From assembly GCF_001194135.2 (NCBI RefSeq), contig NC_068981.1, forward strand, positions 187,172,170 to 187,236,169: a stretch of DNA of 64,000 nt, written 5' to 3'. A program made the position numbers and the translations under genes. The notes under the pieces were generated by a model. It made no database searches. It had not been told where the DNA came from and was given only the letters and a program-made list of their open reading frames with translations. Positions 12,871-25,037 of this stretch are shown piece by piece; positions within the stretch are counted from its first letter, which is position 1, and each line of letters opens with the position of its first letter. Origin of the DNA: Octopus bimaculoides (taxonomy: Eukaryota).

Positions 12871-13727
12871 TACATCTATGTATATTGAATATCAATTTTA
12901 GCCTAAAAATCGTAAGACAAGCATGGTTATAGTCACAGATGTAGCTATATGCACAGGTGTCACTGCATGGTTAAAGAAGCTAGCTTTCTGAGTTCTGGAG
13001 TTCAATCCCAGTATGTGACACCTTGGGCAAGTGTTTTCTACTATAGACTCAGGTCAACCAAAGCCATGTAAGTGGATTTAGTAGACGGAAACTGAAAGAA
13101 GCCCAACATATAAGTAATGTATGTTTGTGCATACCCTTGTTTTGACATTTGCACGATGGTTGTAAACGAGTCTCATTGTCATACAAGTGAGGTTGTTTCT
13201 TTCTAGTCTTCCTTGGAAAACATCTGGCCATGAGGAAATATTACCTTGCTTGGAAAGGGGTGAGGGTAGGCAACAGGAAGAGCATCTGGCCACACAACAT
13301 CTGCTTTAATGACTTCTGTCTGATCCATGCAAGCATAGAAAAGTGGACGTGAAAACGACGACGATGATGAAGATGATGAGGACAAAGATGAAAATCTCTA
13401 AGTATCACTCTCATGTAAACTTTCAAATTATTTGAAGAACTTATAATATTTGCAGATACAAAACAATGATGAGTATGATCGGTTTCAAACATGAGTATAA
13501 GGCTCCTTATTTGAAGGGAAGGGCACAGATCATGATAACAATCCAGTGTACACTTCATTCCTTATTTTTGTTTTTTTTTTCAAGCTCCATAAGATACAAG
13601 CCATTGTCATTAGAAGAAGGAATACATAAAAGAGAAATATTTCCAAAAGATTCAAAATGATATTTTTGAAATTGCAATATACCAAGACCTCAATACAAAA
13701 AGTTGACCAAAATACAAATCCACCTAC

Positions 13728-13855
13728 AATTAGTACATTACCAACAATTCCTTCTCCATCAAAAAGTTTTTCAGGAGCTTTCTGTTTCAGAGAGCTAAGG
13801 TAAAGGCACATTCCAGTCAGAAAATCTTTCGGTTGACCTACATCCATCCAGAATC
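13728..13855 (-). CDS. GMPPB: GMPPB coding exon 7 ([17 protein letters not shown]...IVGNVLI)
   Basis: 128 nt, phase 1-0, AG/GTAGGT; W-M-D-x-G-Q-P-K-D motif. Confidence 0.97.
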
Positions 13856-13911
13856 CTGCAAAAGTAATTAAATAAATTTGGTAATTAAAATTTCAACACA
13901 CATTACCTTAC

Positions 13912-14288
13912 ATTTTTTACTCGTTTCAGTCATTAGACTGTGGCCATGCTGGAGCACCATCTTGAAAAATATTTTTAGTCGAACCAATCGATTCTAGTAC
14001 TAAATATTTTTTTTAAGCCTGGCACTTATTCCCCTGCTAAGTTATAGGAATATAAACAAACCAACACCAGTTGTCAAGCAGTGGTGGGGGATAGACACAA
14101 AGACATACACACACACAGACATATAGCGGACTTCTTTCAGTTTCCCTCTACCAAATCCACTCACAAGGGTTTGGTTGGCCTGAGGTTATAATAGAAGACA
14201 TTTGCCTAAGGTGCCATGCAATGGGACTGAACCCAGAACCATGTAGTTGGGAAGCAAGTTTCTTACCACACAGCCACACCTGCACCTA
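13912..14288 (-). mobile_element. SINE family A (diverged)
   Basis: Reverse complement of the family A sequence. Confidence 0.75.
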
Positions 14289-14751
14289 TAGAAATATTTA
14301 TGTTTTTATCATTACTTGGGAAAAACACCTTCCTTTCATATTGCTCCAATCCACCCAACTGTAGATGACTAACTCTGCAACGGACTAACATCCCATTCAG
14401 ATGGGTTACAGAAACAGGGTAACCAACCTTATAAGTCCTAGGATGTGAAATGGTACTTTACTTGGGGAAGTACAAAGAAGTATTTGTATAACTGAAGAAG
14501 TTGAAAATGGAGACCAAAATAGTATCCACTCCCATATTTACTGTATTTTTTACTCACCACGAAACTTTTTTGATGTTCTCTGTATTAAATATGTTAACAC
14601 AACAAAACTATTTCTCATAGGAAACAGATCTAGTTGGGATTTCCTGTTAGGACTGAAAAGGAAGTTACAAATTATCATGCTTAATAAAATTGAGATGATT
14701 TTAACCTTTTTAAATTTGTCCAACACCATGGTGATAAAAAATGAATCATAT

Positions 14752-15096
14752 AAGCACAGGTGTGGTTGTGTGGTAAGAAGTTGGCTTCCCAAACCACATG
14801 GGGTAGTGTCTTCAAATATCACCTCAAGTTGATCAAAGCCTTGTGAGTGGATTTGGTAGACAGAAACTGAAAGAAGCCCATCGTCCTCATCATCATCATA
14901 GGGTGTTTGTGTTTGTCCTCCCACCATCGCTTGACAACCGATGTTGGTGTGTTTATGTCCCCATAACCAAGCGGTTTGGCAAAAGAGACCAATAGAATAA
15001 GTACTAGGCTTATAAAGAATAAGTCCTGGGGTCGATTTGTTCGACTAAAGGCGGTGCTCCAGCATGGCCACGGTCAAATGACTGAAACAAATAAAA
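14752..15096 (+). mobile_element. SINE family A
   Basis: Head, body and tail match the other copies. Confidence 0.8.
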
Positions 15097-15493
15097 TATA
15101 TATATATATATTTATTTATTTTTGCAAAAGGAGGGTGGGGGACTGATATTTGTCAGTTTGAGAACTGGTGCTAAAATAGTTAGATAGCTCCCTAGGACAT
15201 CTATTTATAATATTTTTTCTTTGTGCAGAAGGCCTGAAATTTTAAGGCAAGAAGCTAGTTGATTACATTGACCCCAGCATTTGACTGATACTTACTTTAT
15301 CGACCCCACCCCAAAAGGATGAAAGGTAAAGTTGACCTCAGCGGAATTTGAACTCAGAATGTAAAAGCAGACGACATGTGACTAAGCACATTGTCCAGTG
15401 TGCTAACAATTCTGCCAGCTCACCACATCACTCTTTGGCCATTATTAATTACTCAATGGAAACTAACGAAGAAATAAAAAAGAGAAAACTAAC

Positions 15494-15572
15494 CTTCAAG
15501 TTCCATAGCATAAAGATTTCCATCCTTAGCCATAAAGGGGAAAACTTCTTTTTCTACAGACGTTGGTTTTAG
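15494..15572 (-). CDS. GMPPB: GMPPB coding exon 6 (LKPTSVEKEVFPFMAKDGNLYAMELE)
   Basis: 79 nt, phase 0-1, AG/GTTAGT; not in the ORF track, found by reading the minus strand. Confidence 0.96.
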
Positions 15573-16207
15573 CTAAAATGTTGAAAAATAAAATTTTACT
15601 CAGAATTTTGTAGTGTAGCAAAAATTTTACTTAAAGAGCAAACCTGGTCTGTATATTTTAATTTCATTTACTTTCAATTTATTTCATTAAAATAATTAGA
15701 ACAATGAAATTTATACACAGAATAGCTGCAGACATGGCTGTGTGGTTAAGAAGTTAGCTTCCCAACCATGTGGTTTTGGGTTCAGTCTCACTGTACAGTA
15801 CCCAGGGCAAGTGTCTTTTACTATAGCCCTGTGTCAACCAAAGCCTTGTAAGTGGATTTGGTAGATGGAAACTAAAAGAAGTTTGTCTTATAAATGTATG
15901 TGTGTCTGTTATTGTGTAACACATCATGAGGTGGCTGTAAACGACTTCATACAAGTGATGTTGCTTGTTTCCAGTCATCTATAAAGAAAAATACGTTTGT
16001 TCATGGGGAAATATTACCATACTTAGAAACAGGTGAGGGTTGGTGATTAGAAGGGCATCTAACCATAGAAAATCTGCCTCAACAAATTCTGTCCAACCCA
16101 TGCAAGCCTGGAAAAATACATGTTAAATGATGATGGTTGAATAAGTGAGATAAAACTGAAGATGTTTAGAAAAAAAAATTGAATAAATATTAAAGATATT
16201 AACTTAC

Positions 16208-16366
16208 CTGAATTCTCTTCAATACTGATGTGCTAAAAACATACATTCCGGCGTTGATCTTATTGGATACAAATTCTTGGGGTTTTTCTACAAAGTCGTG
16301 TATCCTTCCAGTTTCTCCATCATAAATCACAACGCCATATTTGGATGGCTCTTCTACTTTGGTAAC
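16208..16366 (-). CDS. GMPPB: GMPPB coding exon 5 ([13 protein letters not shown]...[18 protein letters not shown]...KRIQ)
   Basis: 159 nt, AG/GTAAGT; EEPSKYG, EKP and NAG nucleotidyltransferase motifs. Confidence 0.97.
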
Positions 16367-17031
16367 CTATTGATTAAACAAAATACATTAAAAACTGAGG
16401 TGATGTTTTGGAAAAAAAAAATACAATCCAAAGAAATTAGGAAATTATTTATGGTCTGTGCCAGTGCTTATAAGAAACTTGTCTGTATTTAACCAAGAAG
16501 ATAATGTCTTGTAAGGAAAGGAAAATTCCAATGACTAGTACATAGCATTTGTCAAGGAAATCATAAGACTTTATTCATTAACCTGATGGTGCAAGAAAGG
16601 AAGAATTATATCATCTAAAGCAGTGGTTCCCAACCAGGGTTCATTTATGACCCTTTGGGTCAACATGAGATTTAGTTATAGTTTATGCGCAATAAATTGT
16701 TTATACTTCTACAACACATAAAAGATTTTAATTTTTTTTTTTTATACAATTTCTAATAATATTTAATTATAAAAATATTACAGGATTTTTTTCAACATTG
16801 AATGGCTATGAGGATCCAGCAGAGTAAAATAAGAATCAAAGGAGCTATTATTATTATTGTTATTATAATAATAATAAGGTGACGAGCTGGCAGAATCATT
16901 AGCACACTGGATGAAACATGGTATTTCACTCGTTGCTACATTCCGAGTTCAAATTCAGCAGAGGTCAACTCAGCCTTTCAGGAGTTAGTGTAATCAACTA
17001 ACCTACCTCTTAATGTAATCAACTAACCCAC

Positions 17032-17378
17032 TTCTTAACCACTACGCCATTTGCCCATGGGCATATGACGTAGTGGTTAAGAGCACAGCCTACTAACCAC
17101 AAGATTCCGAGTTCAATTCCAGGCAGTGACCTGAATAACAATAATAACAATGATGATGATGATGGTGATGATGATGATGAGGAGGAGGAGGAGGAGGAGG
17201 CCGGCAGCAGTGATGACGATGACGACGACGAAAAATACCTGAGGAATGAGAACCCAGGTTTGAAATTTCCCCAAGACACCTGAAGAAGGCTGGAGGTTAT
17301 ATCAGCCAAAACGTTGTGTTAACAACAAGCAAGATGAGGACAAATATCCATCAAATGTAAATAATGTAAATAATGTAT
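17032..17378 (+). mobile_element. tRNA-headed, hammerhead-tailed element (family H) with truncated inverted left arm
   Basis: Palindromic junction gcccatgggc 17053-17062, tRNA-like head, GAT/GAG microsatellite, hammerhead-like motif 17275-17320 (G12 mutated to A). Confidence 0.75.
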
Positions 17379-17602
17379 ATAAAAAGTAAAGTTGAACCCT
17401 GTGGCATTTGAACTCTGAACGTGAAGACAGACAAAACACCACTCAGCATTTCACCCAGTATGCTAACAAGCTAACAATAATAATAATATTTGAAGAGAGT
17501 TACCCTATAAGCACAACAATCTATACATTTTGATCAATTATATACAAACCAATATTGACATGGATATAAATACATGGCCAGAAGAACTATCTTAATACTC
17601 AC

Positions 17603-17745
17603 AGCAATTGTCCCTTCTCGACCATGGTCTTTGTGAAACTGTATCATTGTTTTGAATGGAAAGTCACATATGATGTCACTATTGAGGACAAAGAAAGGCT
17701 GGTCGTCTTCTAATAAGTGATCACGTGCCAAAGCTAGAGGCCCAG
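17603..17745 (-). CDS. GMPPB: GMPPB coding exon 4 (AGPLALARD...[14 protein letters not shown]...EGTIA)
   Basis: 143 nt, phase 1-0, AG/GTGAGT. Confidence 0.97.
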
Positions 17746-18326
17746 CTATACAAAGGAAAAACACACAGTTTAAAAAAACATGCAGAGAAAAAAAGTATAA
17801 ATTATATTTGTAAGATCATTTATTTACCCTTTTGTTATTGATATTTCTCTTGAAATAAATACAATGCTAGAAATTAAATCAATGGCCTTATGATCAGAAA
17901 TCCAACATTCTGAGGATCTGTGGACCACCAGAGGTCTGTGAACCACGAGGGGTCTGTGGAGAACAGGTTGGGAACCCCTGCATTATTTTGTAGCTTCAAG
18001 ATTTTTCAATGATGTTGATTGTTTCTTTTTAGAATTATAGTGTAAGGTTGGTGTGAGAAGCCAAATTTGACCAGCTTAAACATAGGACCAGCAGGATATT
18101 TAGGCTAGATATGGCCATTTTCATCATCATCATCATCGTTTAACGTCCGCTTTCCATGCTAGCATGGTGAACCAGATGGCTGCACCAGGCTCCAATCTGA
18201 TTTGGCAGAGTTTCTACAGCTGGATGCCCTTCCTAATGCCAACCACTCAGAGAGTGTAGTGGGTGCTTTTACGTACCACCGGCACGAAGGCCAGTCAGGC
18301 GGTACTGGCAACGGCCATGCCCAAAT

Positions 18327-18862
18327 NNNNNNNNNNNNNNNNNNNNNNNNNNNNNNNNNNNNNNNNNNNNNNNNNNNNNNNNNNNNNNNNNNNNNNNNNN
18401 NNNNNNNNNNNNNNNNNNNNNNNNNNNNNNNNNNNNNNNNNNNNNNNNNNNNNNNNNNNNNNNNNNNNNNNNNNNNNNNNNNNNNNNNNNNNNNNNNNNN
18501 NNNNNNNNNNNNNNNNNNNNNNNNNNNNNNNNNNNNNNNNNNNNNNNNNNNNNNNNNNNNNNNNNNNNNNNNNNNNNNNNNNNNNNNNNNNNNNNNNNNN
18601 NNNNNNNNNNNNNNNNNNNNNNNNNNNNNNNNNNNNNNNNNNNNNNNNNNNNNNNNNNNNNNNNNNNNNNNNNNNNNNNNNNNNNNNNNNNNNNNNNNNN
18701 NNNNNNNNNNNNNNNNNNNNNNNNNNNNNNNNNNNNNNNNNNNNNNNNNNNNNNNNNNNNNNNNNNNNNNNNNNNNNNNNNNNNNNNNNNNNNNNNNNNN
18801 NNNNNNNNNNNNNNNNNNNNNNNNNNNNNNNNNNNNNNNNNNNNNNNNNNNNNNNNNNNNNN
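18327..18862. other. Assembly gap (N)
   Basis: Run of N between an RTE-tail repeat and a (TA)n tract; no GMPPB coding exon is missing. Confidence 1.
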
Positions 18863-19512
18863 ATATATATATATATATATATATAAAACAAATAATAAAT
18901 GAGTATATGCATATATACATACAGGTATATGCATACCTATGTCTACCTGTATATATAGGTGTATATCTGGGTACAGGACATTGCAAACAAAACGTAGACA
19001 AGAAAATAATAATAACCAGAGTACAGAAAACACACAAGCCACATAGAGAACATTTTCCTTCATCAGCTACCCCCATTTTAACACCGGCGTTTCGAAGAGA
19101 TACACATGTGTGCATGCCTTTGTGTCTGTGTTTGTCCCCCACCACTGCTTGACAATCACTGTTGATGTGTTAATGTCTCAGTAACTTGTCAGTTCAGCAA
19201 AAGAGACCAACAGAATAAGTACCAGGCTTTTAAAAAAAAAAAAAAACAGGTATTGGGGTTGGCTTGTTCAACTAAATTTCTTCAAGGCAGTGGCCCAGCA
19301 TGGTCGCAGTCAAATGACTGAAACAAGTAAGAGATAAAAGATTATATCTACATTTATTCTATTTTCTTCACAAAGTTTCCCAAAACTGATCTTATAAAAC
19401 AACAGCAGTAAAGCAGAATAAAAACTAATTGATTTACATTAATCAATAAAACTCTTTATTTTAATAAAACTGTATAAAATTCATGAAGATTATATAAACT
19501 GCTCATATTCAC

Positions 19513-19561
19513 CTGTTCCTAATGGTTCCTTCTCTTGTGATATAGTGATTCGAATATCCAT
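19513..19561 (-). CDS. GMPPB: GMPPB coding exon 3 (MDIRITISQEKEPLGT)
   Basis: 49 nt, phase 0-1, AG/GTGAAT; EPLGTAG motif completed across the junction. Confidence 0.95.
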
Positions 19562-19627
19562 CTATGAGAAGATAATGTAGATTTTAAAGATGAACAAAGC
19601 AAAATGGTTAAGAGTCATCAAAATCAA

Positions 19628-19849
19628 CCCTTTAGCATTCAGATCACTCTTTCAAATGTAATGCTTATTTATCTGTCTATTTATCTGTAATAATCATACA
19701 CAATTTCATAGTTTTGAGATTTAGATTATGTGATTGTTTAGTTTTAATATGATATTGTAGAGCAGGTGTGAGAGGCCAGATTAGGTTGGTTTGAAGAGAA
19801 GCAAGATAGAATAATTTGGCCGAATGTGACTAGTTTAAATGCTAAAGGG
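19628..19849. mobile_element. piggyBac-like MITE (partial related copies ~25524-25670, ~58013-58130)
   Basis: TIR ccctttagcatt / aatgctaaaggg, TTAA at 19850-19853 (left flank tcaa). Confidence 0.7.
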
Positions 19850-20012
19850 TTAAACTTGCAAATAAAAACCATCAAGGAGTGGCTTCGAGGGTCTCTTTTT
19901 AATTGATGTGAATAAAACTTGATTAATCGAATAATGAGATTCGTATATCATTTGAAAGGATAAAAGATTAAATATTTTAAAGACTAACTAATGAGAAAAA
20001 AAAATTTATTTG

Positions 20013-20440
20013 CATCATCATCATCATCATCGTTTAACGTCCGCTTTCCATGCTAGCATGGTTTGGACGATTTGACTGAGGACTGGTGAAACCGGATGGC
20101 TACACCAGGCTCCAATCTGATCTGGCAGAGTTTCTACAGCTGGATGCCCTTCCTAACGCCAACCACTCAGAGTGTAGTGGGTGCTTTTACGTGTCACCCG
20201 CACGAAGACCAGTCAGGCGGTACTGGCAACGGCCACGCTCAAATGGTATATTTTATGTGCCACCCACACAAGAGCCAATCCAGGGGCACTGGCAACGAGC
20301 TCGCTCGAAAATCCTTACACATGTCATGGGCACAAGTGCCAGAAAGGCGACGCTGGGCACAGGTGCCATCCCGATTCCGCTTTCGCTTGCCCCAATAAGT
20401 CTTCGCAAACTGAGTTTCGTGTCCAATGAAGGAGACGACG
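20013..20440 (-). mobile_element. 3' end of RTE-clade LINE (GAT-tailed family)
   Basis: Highly similar to 898-1313, with the same 5' boundary. Confidence 0.8.
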
Positions 20441-21906
20441 TTGGCATGGGTGCCAGTCATTGAATTAAGGAAACTAATTAGGATTCCTCGGATAAAATCT
20501 GTAAATAAGTATTGTGAGTCACAGAGCTGCTTCAATGCTTTCCCTTACACCGATGCAGGCATGGCTTGCGATAAGAAGCTTGCTTTTCAATCACATGGTT
20601 CAGGGTTCAGTTCCATTGCATGGCACCTTGGGCAAGTGTCTTTCTTCTATAGCCTTGTGAGTGAATTTGGTAGAGAGAAACTGAAAGAAGTCCTGTGCAG
20701 GTATGTGTGTATGGATGTGTTTACATTCCTGTAACTTAGCAGTTCAGCAAAAGAGACTGAAAGCATAAGTACCATCCTGCATGGCCGTAGCCTAATGGCC
20801 AAAACAAGTAAAAAGATAAAAGATAACAGTAGAAAGTCATCATCATCGTCGTTTAATATCCGTTTTCCATGCTGGCATGGGTAGAATGGTTTGACTGAGG
20901 TCTGGAGAGCCAGCAGCTGCACCAGGCCCCAATCTGATCTGGCAATGTTTCTACAGTTGAGTGTCCTTCCTAACGCCAACCACTCCGAGAGTGTAGTGGG
21001 TGCTTTTTATGTACCACCAGCACAGGAGCCAGTCAGGTGGGCCTGGCATTGATCACGTTCGGATAGTGCTTTTTCTGTGCTACCAGCATGCGGGCTAGCC
21101 AGGGGGTACTGGCATCAGCCATGTGCGGATGATACTTTTTAAACGCCACCGGAACAAGAGCCAGTCAGGGGTTACTGGCAACGATCATGTTCGGATGGTG
21201 CTTTTTAGTTGGAAAGTAGACTAATCAATAATAGCAATTAGCATTCTAAAAAGAAGGAACCCATATTGTGACAGTTGCTGTTGCTGTCACAACAGGGTTT
21301 CTATGGCTGCATGCCCTTCCTAATGCCAGCCACTTTACAGAATGTACTGGGTGCTTCTTTCATGGTACTGGTACCAGTGAAGCAGTTCAGCAAATAACTT
21401 GCAAGACAAGACACCCTCAACTCAGCTGAGTGTGAGTGTGAGGCGTAAGGAGCTAAACAAAACTTTTAGAATTACACGAAAGTCAAATCCATCCCATGAT
21501 CTGGGAACTGACTCGTAGGAGGATGAACAATAGATATTCTTTCAAAATTATGGCTTGAGACCCTGACAGACAATAGAGGAGTCAAGATTGCTGATGAAAT
21601 GGGATGTGTGACAGGACCATCACCAGGTCCAATGATGAGGAACTTCTCACATGTCATAGACTATAATGATGATGATAATGTTGAAGGCAGTGATGACAAT
21701 GATAACGAGGAGGAGGAAGAGGAGAAGGAGGAAATATATTCCCAGCTCAAATCTGGATTCATATGTCTTCTGCATTCCTAGCAATGGCATTAATGCCTGC
21801 CATTGCTAGGTATTCATTAATGTACAACAAGTGAATCCAAAAATCTTAATTCTCAACAATAATAATAATAATGATAATAATAAACAAAATGCCATATGTT
21901 ACTTAC

Positions 21907-21987
21907 CACTTTTTCTAAATGTCTTAACTCATCTTCCATTTGATCAGCTCTGTAACTAACAGCCAAAATTATGTGTCTTACACCAGC
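21907..21987 (-). CDS. GMPPB: GMPPB coding exon 2 (AGVRHIILAVSYRADQMEDELRHLEKV)
   Basis: 81 nt, AG/GTAAGT; ILAVSY motif. Confidence 0.96.
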
Positions 21988-22772
21988 CTGAAATGGTCAA
22001 AATGAAAATAAAGATTTCAAAAACAAGGAATTAAAAAATACTTGCTTCCATCGAGCAAGCCTATTGTATGCCATCTTTACTTTTGCACCAGCAGTCAAAA
22101 ATTGTTATAAATTAAGGTTTTTTTTTCAGGTTTTTAACTGTATATATATATATATATATATATATATGTTCTTTTTACTTGTTTCAGTCATTTGACTGCA
22201 GCCATGCTGGAGCACCACATTTAGTTCAATAAATCAAACCCAGGACAAACACAGACACATCAATACATGCATATATATATATATATACTTTAAATAAAAC
22301 CCTTGATTCAATAACTGAAAAGTTCCTGGCTTTGTGTGAAAGAAAATACAAGGAGATTAGTTAATTATGATTTTATTCAACATATTATCCTCTCAGATTC
22401 ACACAATTATTGCAGTCATCTTTCAGTTTTTCTAAGCCCTGTAAAAGAATTCAGAAGTTTGGGCCTTCAACCAGGCCTTTCATGAAACCCTCAAAGCCAG
22501 GAACTTTTCAGCACCTTCTCATTGGTAGACAGAAGTGAGAAAATAAAGGGAAGTAATGAATTTAAGCAGATGTTTGGAGTTCAACCAAAACATTTCTCCC
22601 TTACACACATCTATTCATTTAGCTCTATGATAAAATATTTGAATTTTTTTCCCATCAACCTTGCATCAAACTAATTCACATTTGCACACTTTATTAACTG
22701 ATTTTTCACCCCCTGACCCCAACTAGGGTCCTGAGACCCATCCGGTAAATGAATAAAGGGGCAGACGATAGA

Positions 22773-23100
22773 CATCATCACAGCATACACAACACACACA
22801 CAGTGCACACGCAAACACAAGCACATGCAATCCACACACATATACACACAACACAGTATGTACACACAGTACACAAGCACATGCAATCCACACACATATA
22901 CACACAAACAGTGTGCACACACAGTACACACGCAATCCATGCACACATATATACACAGTGTGCACACACTCATACACACACAGCACACAAACACACTGTG
23001 CATGTACACATACACACACACAGTACACCACACGAACACACACACTGTGCATGTACACATACACACACACAGTACACCACACGAACACACACACACACAC
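22773..23100. repeat. Degenerate (CA)n/(TG)n satellite with an internal ~55-bp duplication
   Basis: cacacagtacaccacacgaacacacacac segment repeated; source of the spurious His/Thr- and Cys/Val-rich ORFs. Confidence 0.9.
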
Positions 23101-23107
23101 TACTTAC

Positions 23108-23236
23108 CTCAACAAGAGCTTCAATTTGATGGAGCAGCATTGGTTTGTTTCCAAACTCAACTAAAGGTTTCGGATGGCTTAATGTAAGGGGCCGAAGCCT
23201 GGTGCCATAACCTCCGACAAGTATAAGGGCCTTCAT
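23108..23236 (-). CDS. GMPPB: GMPPB first coding exon ([18 protein letters not shown]...EALVE); mannose-1-phosphate guanylyltransferase beta, 360 aa in total
   Basis: ATG 23236, [11 protein letters not shown] signature, 129 nt, GTAAGT donor; acceptor ctttgctgtttcAG at 23251-23250 implies an upstream UTR exon; coding exons sum to 1083 nt. Confidence 0.98.
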
Positions 23237-23944
23237 TGCTGCAAGGGATCTGAAACAGCAAAGAAACTGCAATTACACAAGGTTTACTTACAACCATGTT
23301 CGTAAATAGACATGCCTTGTTTCACCTCTATACACATATACATTGCCCAAGCACATGGTCTTGGGTTCAATTCCACTGCATGGCACCTTGGATATGTGTC
23401 TGCTATTACAGCCCCGAGCTGACTGAGGCCTTGTGAGTGGAACTGGTTGTCAGAAACTGTCTTTCAATTTGTTGTTCAACCTTGGGTTTCGAACCTTGGA
23501 ATGTCATAAAATTTGTCTATCAATTCGGTGTTCAACCATTACAAAAATTATCATTCACACGTGGTAGTGTGTGAATATTTACTCACTCACAACCACTTGT
23601 AGGCTTTATCAATAACTCAGTCTTTAACCAAATTAAATGATGTTTACATTTTTAGATTGGTCACATCATAAGCTACATTTCTAGTTAAAAAACTTGAATG
23701 GTTCAGTAGAAAAAAGGCTTGAGTCAAATATGTGAGGTCACAAATAGGAGAATAACGCCTGAAATTGACTTTGAGTCCAAATATTTTTTCTTTTTAAATA
23801 AATCTATATTTTATTTTAGCTTATATGATAGATCTCAACAACAGGAATCTATCCATGTTAGTTATATGCTTGTTCTGTACATTTCCAGGTGTAATAACTT
23901 AAGAATATTAATATGCATGTATTTTCATTGTAATATATTTATAT

Positions 23945-24344
23945 CTCTTTTACTTGTTTCAGTCATTTGACTGTGGCCATGCTGGAGCACCGCCTTTAGT
24001 CGAGAAATTCGACCCCAGGACTTATTCTTTGTAAGCCTAGTACTTATTCTATCGGTCTCTTTTTGCCGAACCGCCAAGTTACGGGGACGCAAACACTCCA
24101 ACATCGGTCGTCAAGCGAAGCTGGGGGGACAAACACAGACACACAAACATATACACACATACATATATATACATATATACAACGGGCTTCTTTCAGTTTC
24201 CGTCTACCAAATCCACTCACAAGGCTTTGGTCGGCCCGAGGCTATAGTAGAATACACCTGCCCAAGGTGCCACGCAGTGGGACTGAACCCGGAACCATGT
24301 GGTTGGTAAGCAAGCTACTTACCACACAGCCACTCCTGCGCCTA
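23945..24344 (-). mobile_element. SINE family A, full length
   Basis: CpG-retaining copy, close to the other full-length members. Confidence 0.85.
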
Positions 24345-24654
24345 TATATACGTATATATAATGTGTACCTGTATATGTGTGTGTTGGGTGGGAGAGTATA
24401 TGCATGTTTGTGTCTTCTTGTCTTGACATGATGTAGTTGTTGTAAACCAATGTCACTCATTTAGAATATTCTGTGGAAGCATATCTGGCGATGGGAAAAT
24501 ATTCCCTTATTTGGAAACAGGTAGGGTTTGACAACAATATCTGGCTGTAGAAAATCTGCCTCAATAAATTCTGTCTGACCCAAGCAAGAATGGAAAAGTG
24601 GATATTAAGATGATGATGATATTGTCAACCAGGTCTTTTTATTTATTTATCTAC

Positions 24655-25037
24655 TCTTTTACTTGTTTCAGTCATTTGACTGTGGCCATGCTGGAGCACC
24701 GCCTTTAGTCGAGCAAATCGACCCCAGGACTTATTCTTTGTAAGCCTAGTACTTATTCTATCAGTCTCTTTTGCTGAACCGCTAAGTTATGGGGACGTAA
24801 ACACACCAGCATCGGTTGTCAAGCGATGTTGGAGGGACAAACACAGACACACAAACATATACACACACATACATATATACGACAGGCTTCTTTCAGTTTC
24901 CATCTACCAAATCCACTTACAAGGCTTTGATCGGCCCGAGGCTATAGTAGAAGACACTTGCCCAAGGTGCCATGCAGTGGGAATGAACCCGGAACCATGT
25001 GGTTGGTAAGCAAGCTACTTACCACACAGCCACTCCT
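24655..25037 (-). mobile_element. SINE family A, full length
   Basis: Second same-orientation copy about 300 bp from the previous one. Confidence 0.85.

Noticed and set aside
18159-19152. Long ORFs across N-gaps (also 54973-56079 and 62402-63650)
   Set aside because: They are open only because N codons contain no stops.
22671-23187. Overlapping His/Thr- and Cys/Val-rich ORFs
   Set aside because: They are translations of a (CA)n/(TG)n satellite; the only real coding part is GMPPB exon 23108-23236.
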